DNA of 64,000 nt, from NCBI RefSeq assembly GCF_009914755.1, contig NC_060937.1; one strand, written 5' to 3'. Below are positions 26,648-40,917 of this stretch, piece by piece. Both the position numbers and the translations under genes were made by a program. How positions within the stretch are numbered: the stretch's first letter is position 1; each line of letters begins with the position of its first letter. Under the pieces are notes generated by a model, which searched no databases, was not told the origin of the DNA, and saw only the letters and a program-made list of their open reading frames with translations. The DNA comes from the human T2T-CHM13v2.0 reference genome, Homo sapiens.

Positions 26648-28728
26648 GTAAGTTTCAACAGTTTGTTAGATATATATATATATTTAAACTTAGGGCTTGT
26701 AGCTTAAGTGAAAAGAATTGCTGAGAGTTCATGATTACAGAAAAATTCTTCTGTTCTCTCTGTTTTCCTCTGTTCTCATTCTAAAAGAGACTGTTTTAAA
26801 AATGGCTTAGGGACTGTGAAGGTGAAGCTGTTTGTAACTCATAACATAGCATAGTCTTACTATAAATCTCTATACCGACAAAAATGGTAGTGTTAATATT
26901 TTAATGTGTGTCCAACATGGTAGTGTTTGGTTGCTAATGTTGAGGATACTCATAAAGTGAATTTAGGGGTTATATTATAGCTTGCAGAGTAACAACAATC
27001 TTTAAATTTTTTTATATATTTGGAATTAAGACATAATTATTAGCATAAAAATTAGATAGGACAGTAGTAAAAAAGAATCTCTTAATATTGTGAAGGCAGC
27101 AGCGCCTGGGACCAACATGTAATGCCAAGGACCTTGTCAGTTGTGGCTGACTTTTAAAAATGAGCTGTTTTTCACGATTTTAATAGTGTGGATGAGAAAG
27201 TGAAAGTGGGGGTGAGAACACGTATGCCAGTATCTGTTAGATTTTTGGTGAAAAATGGTGTTTGTGTGGGAGTATACAGTTTCAGGAAATCTGGTTTTAA
27301 GCTCTTATGATATTTATTTATATTTCCTATAAATCTAATTTGCTTCCAGGCAATCAATAATCATGTTACTAGATAAAGGTGACAGGAAAATTATTTAATT
27401 TTATAATAACTATCTCTTTGTCATCCTGCCTCTTAAACCTAATTAACATTTTTGCAAGGGAGAAAATAAACACCTTATTCTATCTATAGAAATAATGAAA
27501 ATGGAAAAATCTGTTTCTACCAGTTCAAAGATTTAACTTATGTGGTTAATATCCCTGTGTAAAACCTTTAATAGTTATTTTTAAAATTGGATGACCAATT
27601 ATTTTTTCTGAAGAAAAATAACCAGCTATGTAAGTATCTTTGATAGTACACATTGTCTTCCAGCAGTACACAGAACAGCCCCAAATCCAGGTAGACTTAG
27701 TCTTCCAAAGTCTAACAATATATGTTTTTAAATGAACACTGTTTTGAACCTGCTTCTAGTTCTGTTGAATAAGCTTTTCTAAACTCCATGGTAATTAAAT
27801 GTACGTGGGAGGGATAAATCTGCCTGCATTTCTGACTAATCGAAAGATAGTTTAGAGATTCTAAATTTCATCACCAAAGTGAAATGTTTGCTTCTGTAGT
27901 ATGTAGGGGTCATGTTTACTTTCCATAAAAATTAAATATTTGGGTGTATTTGTTTTATTTTTCCTTATCAACATATTTCTTCATAAGGCCTATCTGATGG
28001 GCAAAGAAACTTTAGACTTTGAAAGTCTTTTCCTTAAGTTGTTGATGCTTGTTAAGCGTTAACGTGCTTCCCCCTAAAATAATATACTCTGTTTTGAAAG
28101 TCTGTAGCCTATATTTGAGTAGGCTAAAGACTAGGTGAAACATGTTTGTTGGCTCCCAAGTCCAAGAGTTCTTGCCTGGAGCCTGTTTCATGAGATGTTG
28201 GGCCTAAAATGTTTCAGACAAATTAGTATCTGGGCTCTGCCTTCAGTGAAATTACTGACAAACTGAAACTGCGAGGTCACGTAGTTATAGCTGTAGTGAG
28301 AAGCATGCAGAACAACTTGTTTCAGTGGAAACCACAAGTTCGTCAAAGCAAGGTGTGCCTAAGTAGTACCTGTGAGAATGCCTGAGTGGGAACCTTGACT
28401 TCACTTAAGAACATTTCTCCTGATAATTCTATCTCATTGGACCAAAAAGCAAAGGGGTTGACCCTGGGTATGCTGCAGTGGAAGCACTGGAGCCTCCCAG
28501 ATGAGACACAGGAAAGTGGCAAGCAACTTTTTAAAAAATGTTGTCCAAGTTCTTATGCCCTGAGATAGCACTTTTAGTAAAGGAAGCAGATTTAAAGAAA
28601 AGCAAATAATTGCTCACTAAATAGTAATGCATTTTAGCTTTTTAAAAATATATAATGTGGAGACTCCTTTGGGTCAAAATTCTTGTCCTGTCATTATTGT
28701 AGATCAAAGGACTTAGTGTTGGTTAGAT

Positions 28729-28936
28729 CAGTGGTTCTCAACTGGGGGCAGTTTTGCCAACCAGGGGATGTTTGGCCACTTCCGGAGATACTTCCAGTTG
28801 TCATAGCTGGGTGAGTGTGCTACAGGCATCTAATGGGTCAGGGATGCTGCTGAATACACTTTAATGCACGGGATAGCCTCCACAACAAAGAATTTTCCTA
28901 CTCCAAATATTAATAGTACTGGAGTTGAGAAACTCT
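28729..28936 (-). mobile_element. MER20
   Basis: cagtggttctcaactgggggcagttttgcc ... gttgagaaactct. Confidence 0.85.
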
Positions 28937-31900
28937 AGCTTTAGATTTAGAATTTCTTGTTTATTCCCTCCCTGCCAGCAAAATAGTCATGTGGAAATGA
29001 AGGATACTGACTATGACACCTTTGACACTCTACTAAAATATAACTTTTATATACAGACATAATTTATGCATTTCTGTGTTAGTATGTTTATTGTCTGTTT
29101 AAATGGGAAGGTGCATTGTAACTTGTCTGAGAGTGTGGTAATATGTGTGAGTACTTTGAAATTATTTTGCATATCTGTATGCATTAAATTTAACAAGGTG
29201 TAGCAAATGATTTGATTATTTAAAATGCTGTATTATAACTGCCCAGACTGCATCTACCGGTGCATAGACTTGTTGTTGGCCTTGCTGCAAACTCAATCTA
29301 ATCATGACGCATACTGAGAGCAAATAGGAAAGGACAGTCGATATCCTCTGTGCTGGCAAATGAGGGGAACTTTTTTGTTAGTGGGCAGTGGTGATAGTTG
29401 CTGTATGGAGCCCAAGCAGAGTTGTGTATGTTGAAAATGAGTGGCAATAGCAGAAGCAAGTAAAGAGCTGTTGTTAATGAATAGTTTCAATAATCCAGGA
29501 CTCCAACTGTTTTTCAGTTTTCTAGCTATCTGAAGTTTACAATTTAATTCACAGTAATAACTTTTCACCAATCAGACAGAGCTAGAGTATTCTTTATATT
29601 TCTGTAAATTATCCTCTTATGTGTTCTAATTTTCTAATAATTATTTTACTTTGTAGGAAGCAGTAGTTTTAATTTTTTCAAGTGTGTTTGAATTATTCTA
29701 TTTATTTAGGGACTACATGTATTCAAGCATCAGGTGACACCTTTAATTTTGATATTCCTGACTTAATGGGTAGGATCCAACCTCTTTTCTTCTCAAAATG
29801 CTAATAAGCAAATTTATGATTTAGTCTCCATGAATGGTAGATTGAGATCTACCCCGATCTGAGGCCATGAAATCAATCTTTTGTGTGGATGAAAAACTGG
29901 ATCATCATTCTTAACCATTTACTAAACATCCATACTGAGCACATACTCTCCACAAAGAAAACGTGGTGAAGTTCCCACAGAGCCATCTGTGCAGGCCTTC
30001 CATAAAAGGGCTGTAGGAGATCAAGCATAATGGCCCCACCAGCCTGCCACAGCACACTGGAGAGCTCCTCTGGCAAGCGTCATGGTCTTTGTGGTGGCAT
30101 CTGGTCATTAGGAGAGGTACAGATCAATGGCTTGTAGTAGAAAGCAACTTGACAGAGTAGCCTAGAGGTCCTGTATTGGAGAACTTGAAGTTGGCAGAAA
30201 GGTAGGGTTTAACCATTAAAGGTTTTAACTTGGGCAATTTGACTCAGAAACTAAGTCTTGTATTTAAACCATTGCTCTATATATCAAAAATTTTAAGCTG
30301 AGAAATTGAACAGATTGTAAACATGTTTCTTCTTTCCACCCCCTTACCATTCCAATCCAGTTTTTGGCAAGTCTTCAGATACATTCTGTTGATAATATCA
30401 TTACAGAGTGGCAATGACTTTGAACACTGCTTGTCATGCAAAGAAATTCTTTTCTAGTGTAGACTTACTCTATTATCTAGAGTATTGATATTTTAAGTAT
30501 AAAGTATAACTTTAAGTAAACATTGATATTAACGGAGTTTGTTTTTTTAAGTCGATTAAAATGAAAGTACAGATATTAAAAATCTATTCTCTTTACACAT
30601 GCTAGTTGCCAAAGGAACAGTAGTTGGAATGAAAATTAGTGTTAACATATTCCCATCAGGAAAATAAAAGAGTCTCAAAATGATATTTTAAGGATGTAAC
30701 TGTTCGCTAAAGCTTCACAAGAGTGCTTGATTTTGTGGTAGTGCTCTGAAGTCATTTCTTAGGAATCAGGTTCCCAGATGGCACTCTGTTTTAACAGTCT
30801 GCCAAATTGGGCTTGAGGTATGTAAGTGTATATGTGTATTTAAGGTTTATTCATATAAGTAAAATATACCTAGTTTGAATTATTTAATTTCTGCTTTTTA
30901 AAATAATTTAAACCTAGTTTTACTTTTTTTTTTTTTGCAAGTACATGTCTTTCAAATGAGTTTCTCAACATCTTCATCTTTTTTTTTTTTTTTTAAGCAA
31001 GCTTAACGATATCCAAACTTGGATCTGCAACTTGAGCATGGTGACTTCCACCTGTCAACTCATGTGACTATTTTAAAATGTACCCTTTCTGCCAACTATT
31101 AGAAGAGCATAAAATGAAAAGGAAGTTTATTGCATTGTATATGTCTCTATCCCATTCAACCATTCTCTGTTGTGAAGTGCTTACTGGAAGGGATGGAACA
31201 TTAATTCTGGGTGGCTGAGGCTCTGTTTAAGACCATTGGCAAAAATGTATGGTCAAATTTGGAAATGCTCTTTAATGACAAAGTTTGAATATCTAAGAGT
31301 CCTAGCTGCAGGGAACGGTTGTGGGATATGAGGCAGGTCTGATGCTGGGACAAGCCATTGAATAATTCAAGTTTTGTCTATATCTGTTTTTCTCCATTTC
31401 TAGTTCTTAATCTATTTCTCAGATAGCCACGTTTCTGAATGCCAGTGCTTCTTCCTTTGCTCTCTACTCCCTCAAATCCAAAAAAGCCCTGGGGTCTGAT
31501 TCTGTCTTGGCCTGCTGGATAAGCCTTCATGCTGTGGACTTCCCTGGCCAGGGTCTGTATCTTTAAAACGATCCTATCTTATGTTCATTACTGCAAAGGG
31601 CCTCACTTGGTGGCCAATCTAAATAGCAGTTGACATGAGTCCCTTCATGGGAGAATGAAAGTTGTTTTGTCTCCTCTGATCAGTTAGCATTTGTTTTACA
31701 ACAAGGACATTTGAAGGGTTAAACCAAAGAGATATTTTTGTTGAAGAGATTCTTCTTTCAAATGATTGTCTGTAGGGCCGCCTATGTTGACTTAATCCAA
31801 CTTTTAAAATTGCTAATACTGAAATACCTGTAGTTCCCTCAGTCTTTTTTTTTTTTTTTTTTATGTGAGCTTTACCAGTAACCAGAAGTATTAAGCATTG

Positions 31901-34900
31901 TTTTTCTGACTTTCATGTCCTATTCTGGCCTGATTTAAGTGATTATTTGTGTGAGGGTATAGGCATTGGGGGTATGTATGCTTAAATCTATTTCTGGAGC
32001 TACAGAGTAGAAAATGGCACTTCATCCAGTAAGAGGAAATTTTGGTTTTAGGGAAGTCATGACTTGTTTGTTATATAATGAGCATTGATTCAGCATCTTC
32101 TATGTGGCATATACTTACACAGACATAGATAAGATGGAGACCTGCCCTCAGTGGGGTTCACATTATGACTGGGGAGATGGCCCTGTAAATTCACAGGAGA
32201 TGGCCCTGTAAATTTAATACATTATGTAAAGATAAATGCACAGATTTCTCTGGAAATATAGAGATGTGCAGTCATTTCATCTTTTTAATCAGGAAACTCA
32301 TCTAATTGGAGATGACATAGGTTTCTCATCTGGGCTTTCAAAGGACTTTTTATTTCCTCTACGTCTAGCTTTTCTAGAGACTTGAAACTATTTGAGGACA
32401 GGAAGTATGTATTATTCCCTTTATCTCCTTGGTTCCTGTTACCATACATCTTTGCGTGTTTATTTGAAAACTGGATTTCAATTACAAAGACTTCCTGGAT
32501 ATCTTAAAACCAGGCTTTGAAGATGGGGAAAAACCTGTCTTAATCTTTGCCAACTCATCCTCTTTTTATTCTCATTATAAAAATGCAAAGCAAATCTGGC
32601 AAAGCAGACACTGAACTTTTGGTTTCAGTTGCCTTTTACTTATACCAGAATAATGATAATGACATGGCATATTACAAGATAATCTAAAACTTATGCAGTT
32701 TAAGAGGAGCGTGTGTTTCATTTCTGTATGTAATAAACTAAAATGGGAGCTTTGGACTATGTGCCTTTCAAGGTAGTTCAAAGTTTTAATAAATCCTTGT
32801 GCGGATGTGCCAATAATAAATGTTAAGAATGCTTAACTGACATTTAAATAATTTTTTTATATAAAGTGTTAGAAACATTTCAGTGTCTTCATATCATAAT
32901 CACTGATCACTTTTTATCTTGTGAAACAAATCTAAAGTGTATACTTGAGACTTTCCGGTAGAAAAACATGGTGGTTATATAGGTAGTTGTAATATCTTGG
33001 TAGAAGCTCAAGGGCAAAGAATAGAACATTTTAAAAGCAGGAACCCATTGGAAAGTAATTTTTTATGAGAAGTCATCAATATTACTTTAAGAAATTTTAC
33101 GAACAAGTTTACAGTAAGCCTCACTCCTTCTAAAGTCAAGTTACCTGCCTTAGTACACTTTTTACCTTTGTCTAGTATTAAACATCAAAGCCTGCCCTCC
33201 TCAAAAAAAAAGTCACATTAACTTTGACTTTGGCATAACTAGAAAAACACTGGAAGGATCTGAACACAGAGAAACTTGAAGATTTCTTCACAGTTTATTT
33301 GAGATGTTTCTACTAAATCCCAGGCTGAGTTTGTCACTTTCCAGGAAGGAACAAGCACATTGAGCAGATGTGTATCCGTGGTTGTGAACAGAATCATCTT
33401 TGAAGAGAGCAGAGATTTTGGTATTCCCTGACTTGGGTTTAATCTTATCATATCAGTTAATAGCTGAATGACCTTAGACAGATTACTTTTCCTCCCTGTA
33501 ATGGATTTGCTTCTCCATGAGTTTAATTTTATGGCAAATAATTATTTATTGCTTGCTCTGTGTCAAACTGTGTGCTAAACCCTGGTAATAGTAAATTAGA
33601 CAGTTGTAATTGCTCTTTGCTTGGAACTTGGCAAATCATATAATTTGGGTGATACCCCTACCTCACAAAGATGTTGTAATGATTAAATGAAGTCAGGTAT
33701 ATAAAGTATATAGTGCCTGTATATAGTAAGTGCTCCATAAATGGTATTGAATTATCATTCTGATCATTTTCATAATTTGGCTTCCCTTGTTTTGACTTTA
33801 AGAAGATACATGTCTCCTGTAGGAAAACACAGAGGAAAAAATCTGGCCTCTGGCTGCTTAAATTTTGCTTACAAACTACAAGCTCTTTATTTTTGAGAAT
33901 TTAGGCCATTTAAAACTTATCCCTTTTCTCCATTGGGAGCAGATATTAAAACAAATGTGTTTTTCTGACATTTATGGTTAATCAAATTGTTGATAAAATC
34001 AACAATTTATCCATTTTATTAGAATAGCAAAGCTGGAGAACAGAGAACAGACAGCTAAGTTATTTGCTCTTGCCTCTGTGTATGTGGGGCCAACACAATT
34101 GAATTAACTTTTTCAAGACCAAACTTCTTTCTGTATTTTCTAAAATCTTTGAAATTTTTAAATCTGATTTGAATGTTTCCTTAGAAAGTTTTATTTCCCT
34201 CACTTTTTAAAATCTAAACTAGTCAGTGACACCAAATCTAACGCAAAGCTTCACATTGTTTGTGAGTTTATTTTTATTGTCGTTCCATTTTTTTCCCTTC
34301 ATTTCTGTGAAAAGTGTCATTTTGGTCATAAAGAGGTTATCCTTTAGATAAGAAGCTATTATCTGAAAGGTTTTTGTAGAGGTTAGGAATATTTTTCTTT
34401 TTGGAATAGGTGTTCAAAATCTTGTCTTTACTGAATTCAAATGTACATCGCAGTCACATTTTCCTCTTAGAGAAAACTTAGCTGCTCCTTTTGGACTTCT
34501 CTCATTTGCTTTATTCATTAAATGCTATTACACTAACAACATAAAAAATCTTGATTATGTTATTTGAAATATTTGTTTTTTTACCTTAGGCATTAAAAAA
34601 TTATAAATAGCAATAGGTACTGTTTGAGATGAAAGCCATGCTTATTATTTAGTTCCAGTGTCACTTGTGTACAATGAAATGTCAAGAAACTGGGAAGTAT
34701 AATATTATGTCAAAATGCATTAAGATAAAACTTTATTTTTTTTCTTTAAAAAAGTAGAACCTGACTATCAAATGTTAAATAGAGTAGGCATGAATGTTGT
34801 TTATTGGCTGTTTAGTGTTCCTTTTTTAGAGTTTAGGTTAATGGAGCAGTTATGTTTTAGGGGTAATTGCCCTGGTATGGTTTCTGTCATGCTGAGCAGC

Positions 34901-37155
34901 AGTCCTGGGTGGCATTGGTTGTTGGTGGATTTATCCTTTGTTTTTCAGAGACATGCCTTTCAGAGTGCCCCTACTAACCTGGGAGGCAGGATTCTGTGTC
35001 ACTTTATATTTTGAAGACTTTGGTACTAGTGCTTCAGACACCATTGACCAAATATGCACAGTAAACCTAAGAAAACATGTTCCCAAAGAATTACTGTAAA
35101 ACTTTTAATTAAAAAAAAACGTGGTATACTTGTACACTCAGTAACTCATACTAACATTATTCTTAAATGTAAATGATTGATATTTTTATAGTGTAATAAA
35201 ATCTCATTAGATTAAAAACACATGTTGAATCTCCACACTGTAGATAAGCCAATTTTTCCTAAGCTGTTAAAGGAAAAAGTGGGGTTCTTGTGGGCTTGGG
35301 AGAAGCACCTGCTTTGAATTAAGCTGTGTTTGTATTAACCACTGTCAATTTAACAAGGGTTTGCTCTGTGTGCTTTGAGCAATTTGAGGGAGAAGTCCCT
35401 AGATGCTTATCAAGTATTACTGTCGTTACTATAGTTCACTGTTTCATTACATTATAGTAATACTGATGGCTGTCAATTGTTTTGAAATGCTTTTTTCTGT
35501 ATTCTATTTAATTTACTGAGATATGGAGAAAATCGTCGAAGGAATTAGTGTATCTGGGTCAACAATTTGGCTGACCAATCACTAGACTTCTTTTGGCTTC
35601 ATACTGAGAAATAAAAATCTCTAACCCATAGTTATTGTTTATCTCATGCTCAATTTTGTGTATAATAGGGGTATATTCACTTATAAAATGCCCAAGAGTA
35701 GAGCACACGCACACATTATTAAATAAGAACATAGATTTCCAAGGCCTCACAGAATGACATGCCAGATCCTGAAGGTACCTGAATCCTTGTTTGTTTTGGT
35801 GATGAATTTTTTTTTTTTTCCCCACCGAAGGGGCCTGGTCCATGTCCTGGAGGAGAAATAGGAGTAGTATCATTAGATATAGGTGTTTATGCCAAGTTAT
35901 TAAGAAATAGAGCTTTTTGTCCAGGGTAGAGAGAAGCAGCCCAATGTTGATGGGGATGTGGGTGGGTGGTGTGGGGAGTTTGGCTAGAGCCTCACATACT
36001 CTAGCCTTGCTATTGAGTCCTCTCAGTTGTGGACCTTTTGTCTTGTGCCTTGTCAATAGCATCCACTGAATATTTCATATTCACTATGGACAGATCCCAA
36101 ATCTTGTGTGTACATAAGAGAAATAAAACCTACTCCTTTCCTACCTTGATCTTAAAGCCAAAAGTAGAGAAGCAGAAAAACATGCTTAAGTCTTAATTTT
36201 TGCTTTTGGGTCTTAAGGAACAGAAGTGATTGAGTGTGCAACTCTAAGGGAATGCTGGATTTGGAGTGATGAATAGCAACGAGGTTAGGAAATCTCTGTA
36301 TTATAGCCTCCAGAGTATCTCAGAAATATTCCTGTCACTATGATGCAATTAAGTTTAGACAAACTGGAAGATAAGAGCTTTCGAACACTGTCAAGTGATT
36401 TACATAAATTATTTCTAAACTAATAACAGCCCAGCCAGGTATTTCTCTTTTGCTTCACATGCCTGAATTGCAATGAGGCAGAGAAGAGTAAGTTGCTTAG
36501 TTAGATGACCTTGGGCAGTAATGAAGCTAGGTTTTTCATTCCTGGGGTATCTTTGCCTGCATGCTTGTGCTTCTCCCAGTATGTTGTCTAAACAAACTTA
36601 TACAGACTTTAAAAATTTGCTGACGTTCTTTCTAGGGCTATGTGACAGAAATTATCATGAGTTGCTTTTTAACCAGGCCAGCTATACCCAGAATGGATTT
36701 GTGTACATGATTGAGAATGCCTTATTTGATATGTGGCAAATATCTTCACATTATGATCTAAAATTTTTTTTCTGAGTTTGTGAACTAAGTAACTTTGAGT
36801 GGATGTATTACAATGTGCCATCAAGTCTCAGATCATTTATTTGATTTTTTTAAGATCTCCTAATTTTAGGAATGTTAAATAAGAACATATGTACCTTAGA
36901 ATAGAAGAGATGTAGTACAAATGTGGTCCTCTAACTGGCTAGTTGAGAAATAATGGAGTATTTGGATTTTGATAAGTGTATGTAGATGCCTTTATAGGTT
37001 TTATGACTTTCATGCAGATATTTATGAATGTTCCACTGTATTTGCTGTGATAATGGAACATTCTTGTTAAGTGCTGAGGATTGTAAAACCTTACTAATCT
37101 AAATTGCTCGGGATCATACTATCACACTTTGACCTTTATAGCACTGGCCTGAAAC

Positions 37156-37289
37156 CTTTAAAAATAGAATTAGTCTTTAAAAATAGAATTTTTAAAGACT
37201 TTAAAAACAGAATTTTTAAAGACTTTAAAAACAGAATTTTTAAAGACTTTAAAAACAGAATTTTTAAAGACTTTAAAAACAGAATTAGT
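37156..37289 (+). repeat. 24-bp minisatellite (ctttaaaaacagaatttttaaaga), ~4.7 copies, bounded by 19-bp direct repeats
   Basis: Units start at 37175, 37199, 37223, 37247 and 37271 (partial); gives the FKNRIFKD repeat in ORF 37104..37370. Confidence 0.95.
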
Positions 37290-38540
37290 AAGTATATTTT
37301 ATTTATAATAATCTCTTGTTTACCAATTTTTGATGCTCTATTTTACTTAATCTTGTTAAAAACAAACTAAACTGTGTCTCTCTCCTCCAAACGTCCTTGG
37401 CTGGGAATAAGTGGTCTTTAAAAAAGAAAACATAACATGGGATATTATTTTGTTGTAATTTAGATGATTACATATTAAATTTTATACAAATAATTAAAGA
37501 TTAATAATGTGAAGTTCTATTCCAGAGACCAAATTGTAAGCAGAAACATAAATTACAGTAAAAGTATCTATTCTATTGGATTAAAGAAGAAAAATTACTT
37601 CAGTAGCAGGATTGCCCAGAATCCTGCTATCAGTGTAGCTATTGGAGGGTTAAAAACAGGTGATAAGCATAGCACATCAAGGGTAACAATAAATAGTGCA
37701 GTCTAATTCCAGTAAGATGAAACTCTTCTCTGGTTGCAGAAAAGAGAGTGGGTGATCAAATAGTGACTCAGAAAAGCAAATCCCAAGAAATGACTCAAGC
37801 ACAGAAACACTTTAAGAATTTCTTTACCAAGATTTATAATAAATGAACTTATCATTTCTTACCAAGCCTTTAGAAATAATTATTTCTAACTTTCCAAATG
37901 ATTGCCATTTATTAGGAGGAAGAAATATTCATTAATCTTTCATTTCATGAATAAGATGCTTTAGATTGCCAAAGACACGTGAAACTAATAGTAGCCCAAG
38001 ATATGAATATACCAAAAGAAGACAAGCAGGGATAATTCTCCTTTAAATAACTAGTAGATGGGTTAGATGTGATAAACACTTGAGTTTTAAAGCTATTAAA
38101 TGTATAAGTGAAGGAAAAATACTGCCTTTGAGTGAGTGGAGAATAGAAAGAAATTGTTTGAACGTTTTGCTTTCATGCCTTTTCTAATCTTACAACCACG
38201 TTATAAGATAGGGTGGTTGACTGAGTTTACAGGTATGGAAACTGAGATGCAGGCTTAGTGACCTGCTCAAGGTCATAGGCTTAGTAAATGGTGCAAATGG
38301 AAACCCTCATATGACTCCAAACCCAGTTCTGTTTCTCTTATAAAATTGTCTCTATGTCCAAATGAAGGATATGAAGACTAAATGAAGGAATTCTTTTTTT
38401 TAACAAAAGAAAAACATGTTAATGTGTATCTGTCAGACATGGTAATAAGGAAGTTCTGGAGATATGGGGGAGTTTGTAATTTTTAGAAGCTATGGGTAAG
38501 AATGTACTCAGACTTTACAGAGAGTTAGAGTGCTTTAAAC

Positions 38541-38690
38541 AAGTGCTTCTCAAACTTCAATGTGCATGGAAAACAACCAGGGATCTTGTTCAAATGCAGA
38601 CTGATTCATTAGGTCTGGGGCAGGGCTGGGATTCTGTATTTTTAATGAGCCTTCAGGTCTTGCCAGTGAGGACCACACTGAGTAACAAGG
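38541..38690. mobile_element. MER5A
   Basis: gtgcttctcaaacttcaatgtgcatg...aaatgcagactgattcattaggtctgggg...ggaccacactgagtaacaagg. Confidence 0.8.
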
Positions 38691-39779
38691 GTTTAGATAA
38701 TAAAAAAAAGTGATCACATGATGGAGTGAGAGTTTAATGAAAGTGGTGGGGATGTAAGTCTTGAGTGTGGATCTAAAGGATGGGTAGGATTTAAATGAGA
38801 AGTTAAAGACCACTGCATGTCCAAGGGCACAGAGGCAAGAAGTCCAAATCAAACATTTCACAGAGTCTTCTGGAGGTACAGCATTGAGTAAAGATGAGTT
38901 AAGTAGGGTCTTAGCTCTTCGGGCCTACATTCTGATGGGGGAAGCTTAAGGCATGAGTCTTTAATGGAGGTGGGCAGATTGGAGGCAGGATGAGAGGTAG
39001 GTTGGGACAAGCTTGAGTGAGGCCTGTAGTATCCTGGCTAGGGGATTTAAACTTTATCTCACAGGTAATGGGATTATCACCAAAAACTTTTGAGCAGATA
39101 ATTAAAATGCTAAAATCAGAGACTTAGAAAGATAGAGTAATGAAGTAGCCTACACAATGAATTGAAGGAGAACAAGTATGGAGGCTGAGAGAGAGGTAAG
39201 GTAATTACGGCAGTCAATGAGTGTGGTGATAGGGAAGCCAACTGCTGAAAGCAGTGAACAGGTAGATGAAGAAACAGATGCTAAAGATGTTTGGAGTAAG
39301 ACGTGATGAGGATTGAGCCAAGTGAAGGAGAAAGAAGAGTTAGCGTTTGAGCTGTGCAACCATTAAAAGAAACAGAAAAGGTAGCTGATTTGTAGGCAAG
39401 AGATGGAAATTAATTTTTTGACACATTGTGTTGGATGTGACAGTAGAACATTCAAATGGAAATATAGGCATTGTCAATATATTTAAGTAGAAATAAACAC
39501 TGGCTTTGTAGATTTGGGAGGCATCTATGAAGCAATAATAGTCATTTGTAGGAAAACAAAGTCCAGCTCTGAGGAAGTGAAGGTGGAAAGAGAAGTATTC
39601 CTCATTCCGTTTTTAAAAATGAGCACTTCCTGGTGTTGCTTTTTTTTTGTTTTGTTTTGTTTTTTGCCTATGCTTTCTTGCTGGTGTAAAATGATCACTG
39701 CTGACTCCAAAACCAAGCCATACTTTTTCTATGCTGTTTTCTTCTCTAGGAGACACTTCTTACCCATCTTTGCCTTTTG

Positions 39780-40650
39780 TTTTACTTTTTTTTCCAGCTT
39801 TATTGTGGTATCATTTACCTATAACAAAATTTATTCTATTTTGTTTACAGCTTGAGTTTTTGTAATGAACAGTTGAGTAACCATCACCATAATCAAGCTA
39901 TAGAACCCTAGAAGTTTTCTCATGTCCCTAAGATCAACCTCTTACCTGAACTCTAGCCACAGTATAGTTCATTATAGTGTTGCTTTTTCTAGAATATCAT
40001 ATAAGAGGAGCATACAGTATGTAGTCTGTTGTGTTTTATCCCTTTCAATTTGCCTACTTTTTTGAAATTGATTCATGTTGAGTAATTCCTTATTACTAAG
40101 CAGTATTTCCAAATGTAGATTTGCCACAGTTTGTTTATCTGTTCACCAGTCGATGGACATTTATGTATCCAAGTTTTGGCTATTGTGGATAATACTGTTA
40201 CAAATATAAGTTGTCCCACATTCTCCTCGACATTTAATATTATCAGTCTATTGAATTTAGTCATTCTACTTAGTGCATAGTGGTATTTTATTATGATTTT
40301 AGCTCACATTTTCCTCATGACTAGTGATTTTTGAGCATCTTTCCATGTACTTAATGGCTGTTTTAATATACATTATTATCTGAATGTTTTAAAATCATTT
40401 GCCAACTTCTTACAACTGAGTTGTCTTTATCTCATTGAATTATAAAACTTCCTTATATATTGTGGTTAGAAGCCCTTTGTTAGATATATCAGTTATCTTC
40501 TCCCAGTCTGTTACTTGCTGTCTTGTTTCACAGTTTGTCTTTTGAAGAGCAGAAGATTTGATGAAATTACCATTTGGTTATTTTTTCTTTTATGATCCAT
40601 ACTTTTTTGTGTTCTGCTTAAGAAATCTTTGCCTAACCCAATGTTGCAAA
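39780..40650 (-). mobile_element. Old L1M (MC/ME-like) 3' region
   Basis: agctttattgtggtatcattt...gtttatctgttcaccagtcgatggacattt...aagaaatctttgcctaaccca. Confidence 0.8.
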
Positions 40651-40917
40651 GAGATTATCTAATAAAAAATAATGCGAGGTGATAAGGACTATGAAGAAAA
40701 ATAAAGCAGGGCGAGGAAGAGAGAATGTCAGGAAGGTTCTTTTGGGTATAATATTTTAAGTATGTTTTTAGAAAAACCTCTTCAGTAGACTTAAAAGCAA
40801 ATAAAACTAGCTGTTGGAATTAATGTTGTATGCTAACAATATCATTAAGAGTTTTGATAAACTTTATCTGCAAAAACTCATTGAGTTGAGCCTTTAGTAT
40901 CTTTTAAAGTTCTCGGC

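Noticed and set aside
30770-30790. CTCF-like cccagatggcact
   Set aside because: Only a partial match to the core; cannot be supported without PWM scoring or ChIP data.
32173-32214. Tandem duplication of ggagatggccctgtaaatt
   Set aside because: Ordinary small slippage duplication inside an L2 remnant.
35559-36062. Longest ORF in the track (167 aa, minus strand)
   Set aside because: No recognisable domain, crosses a homopolymer run, no supporting splice or promoter structure; consistent with chance.
37104-37370. ORF with FKNRIFKD repeats; array superficially CRISPR-like because units are palindromic
   Set aside because: Head-to-tail minisatellite with no unique spacers, no cas genes and a primate intronic context; ORF has a non-ATG start.
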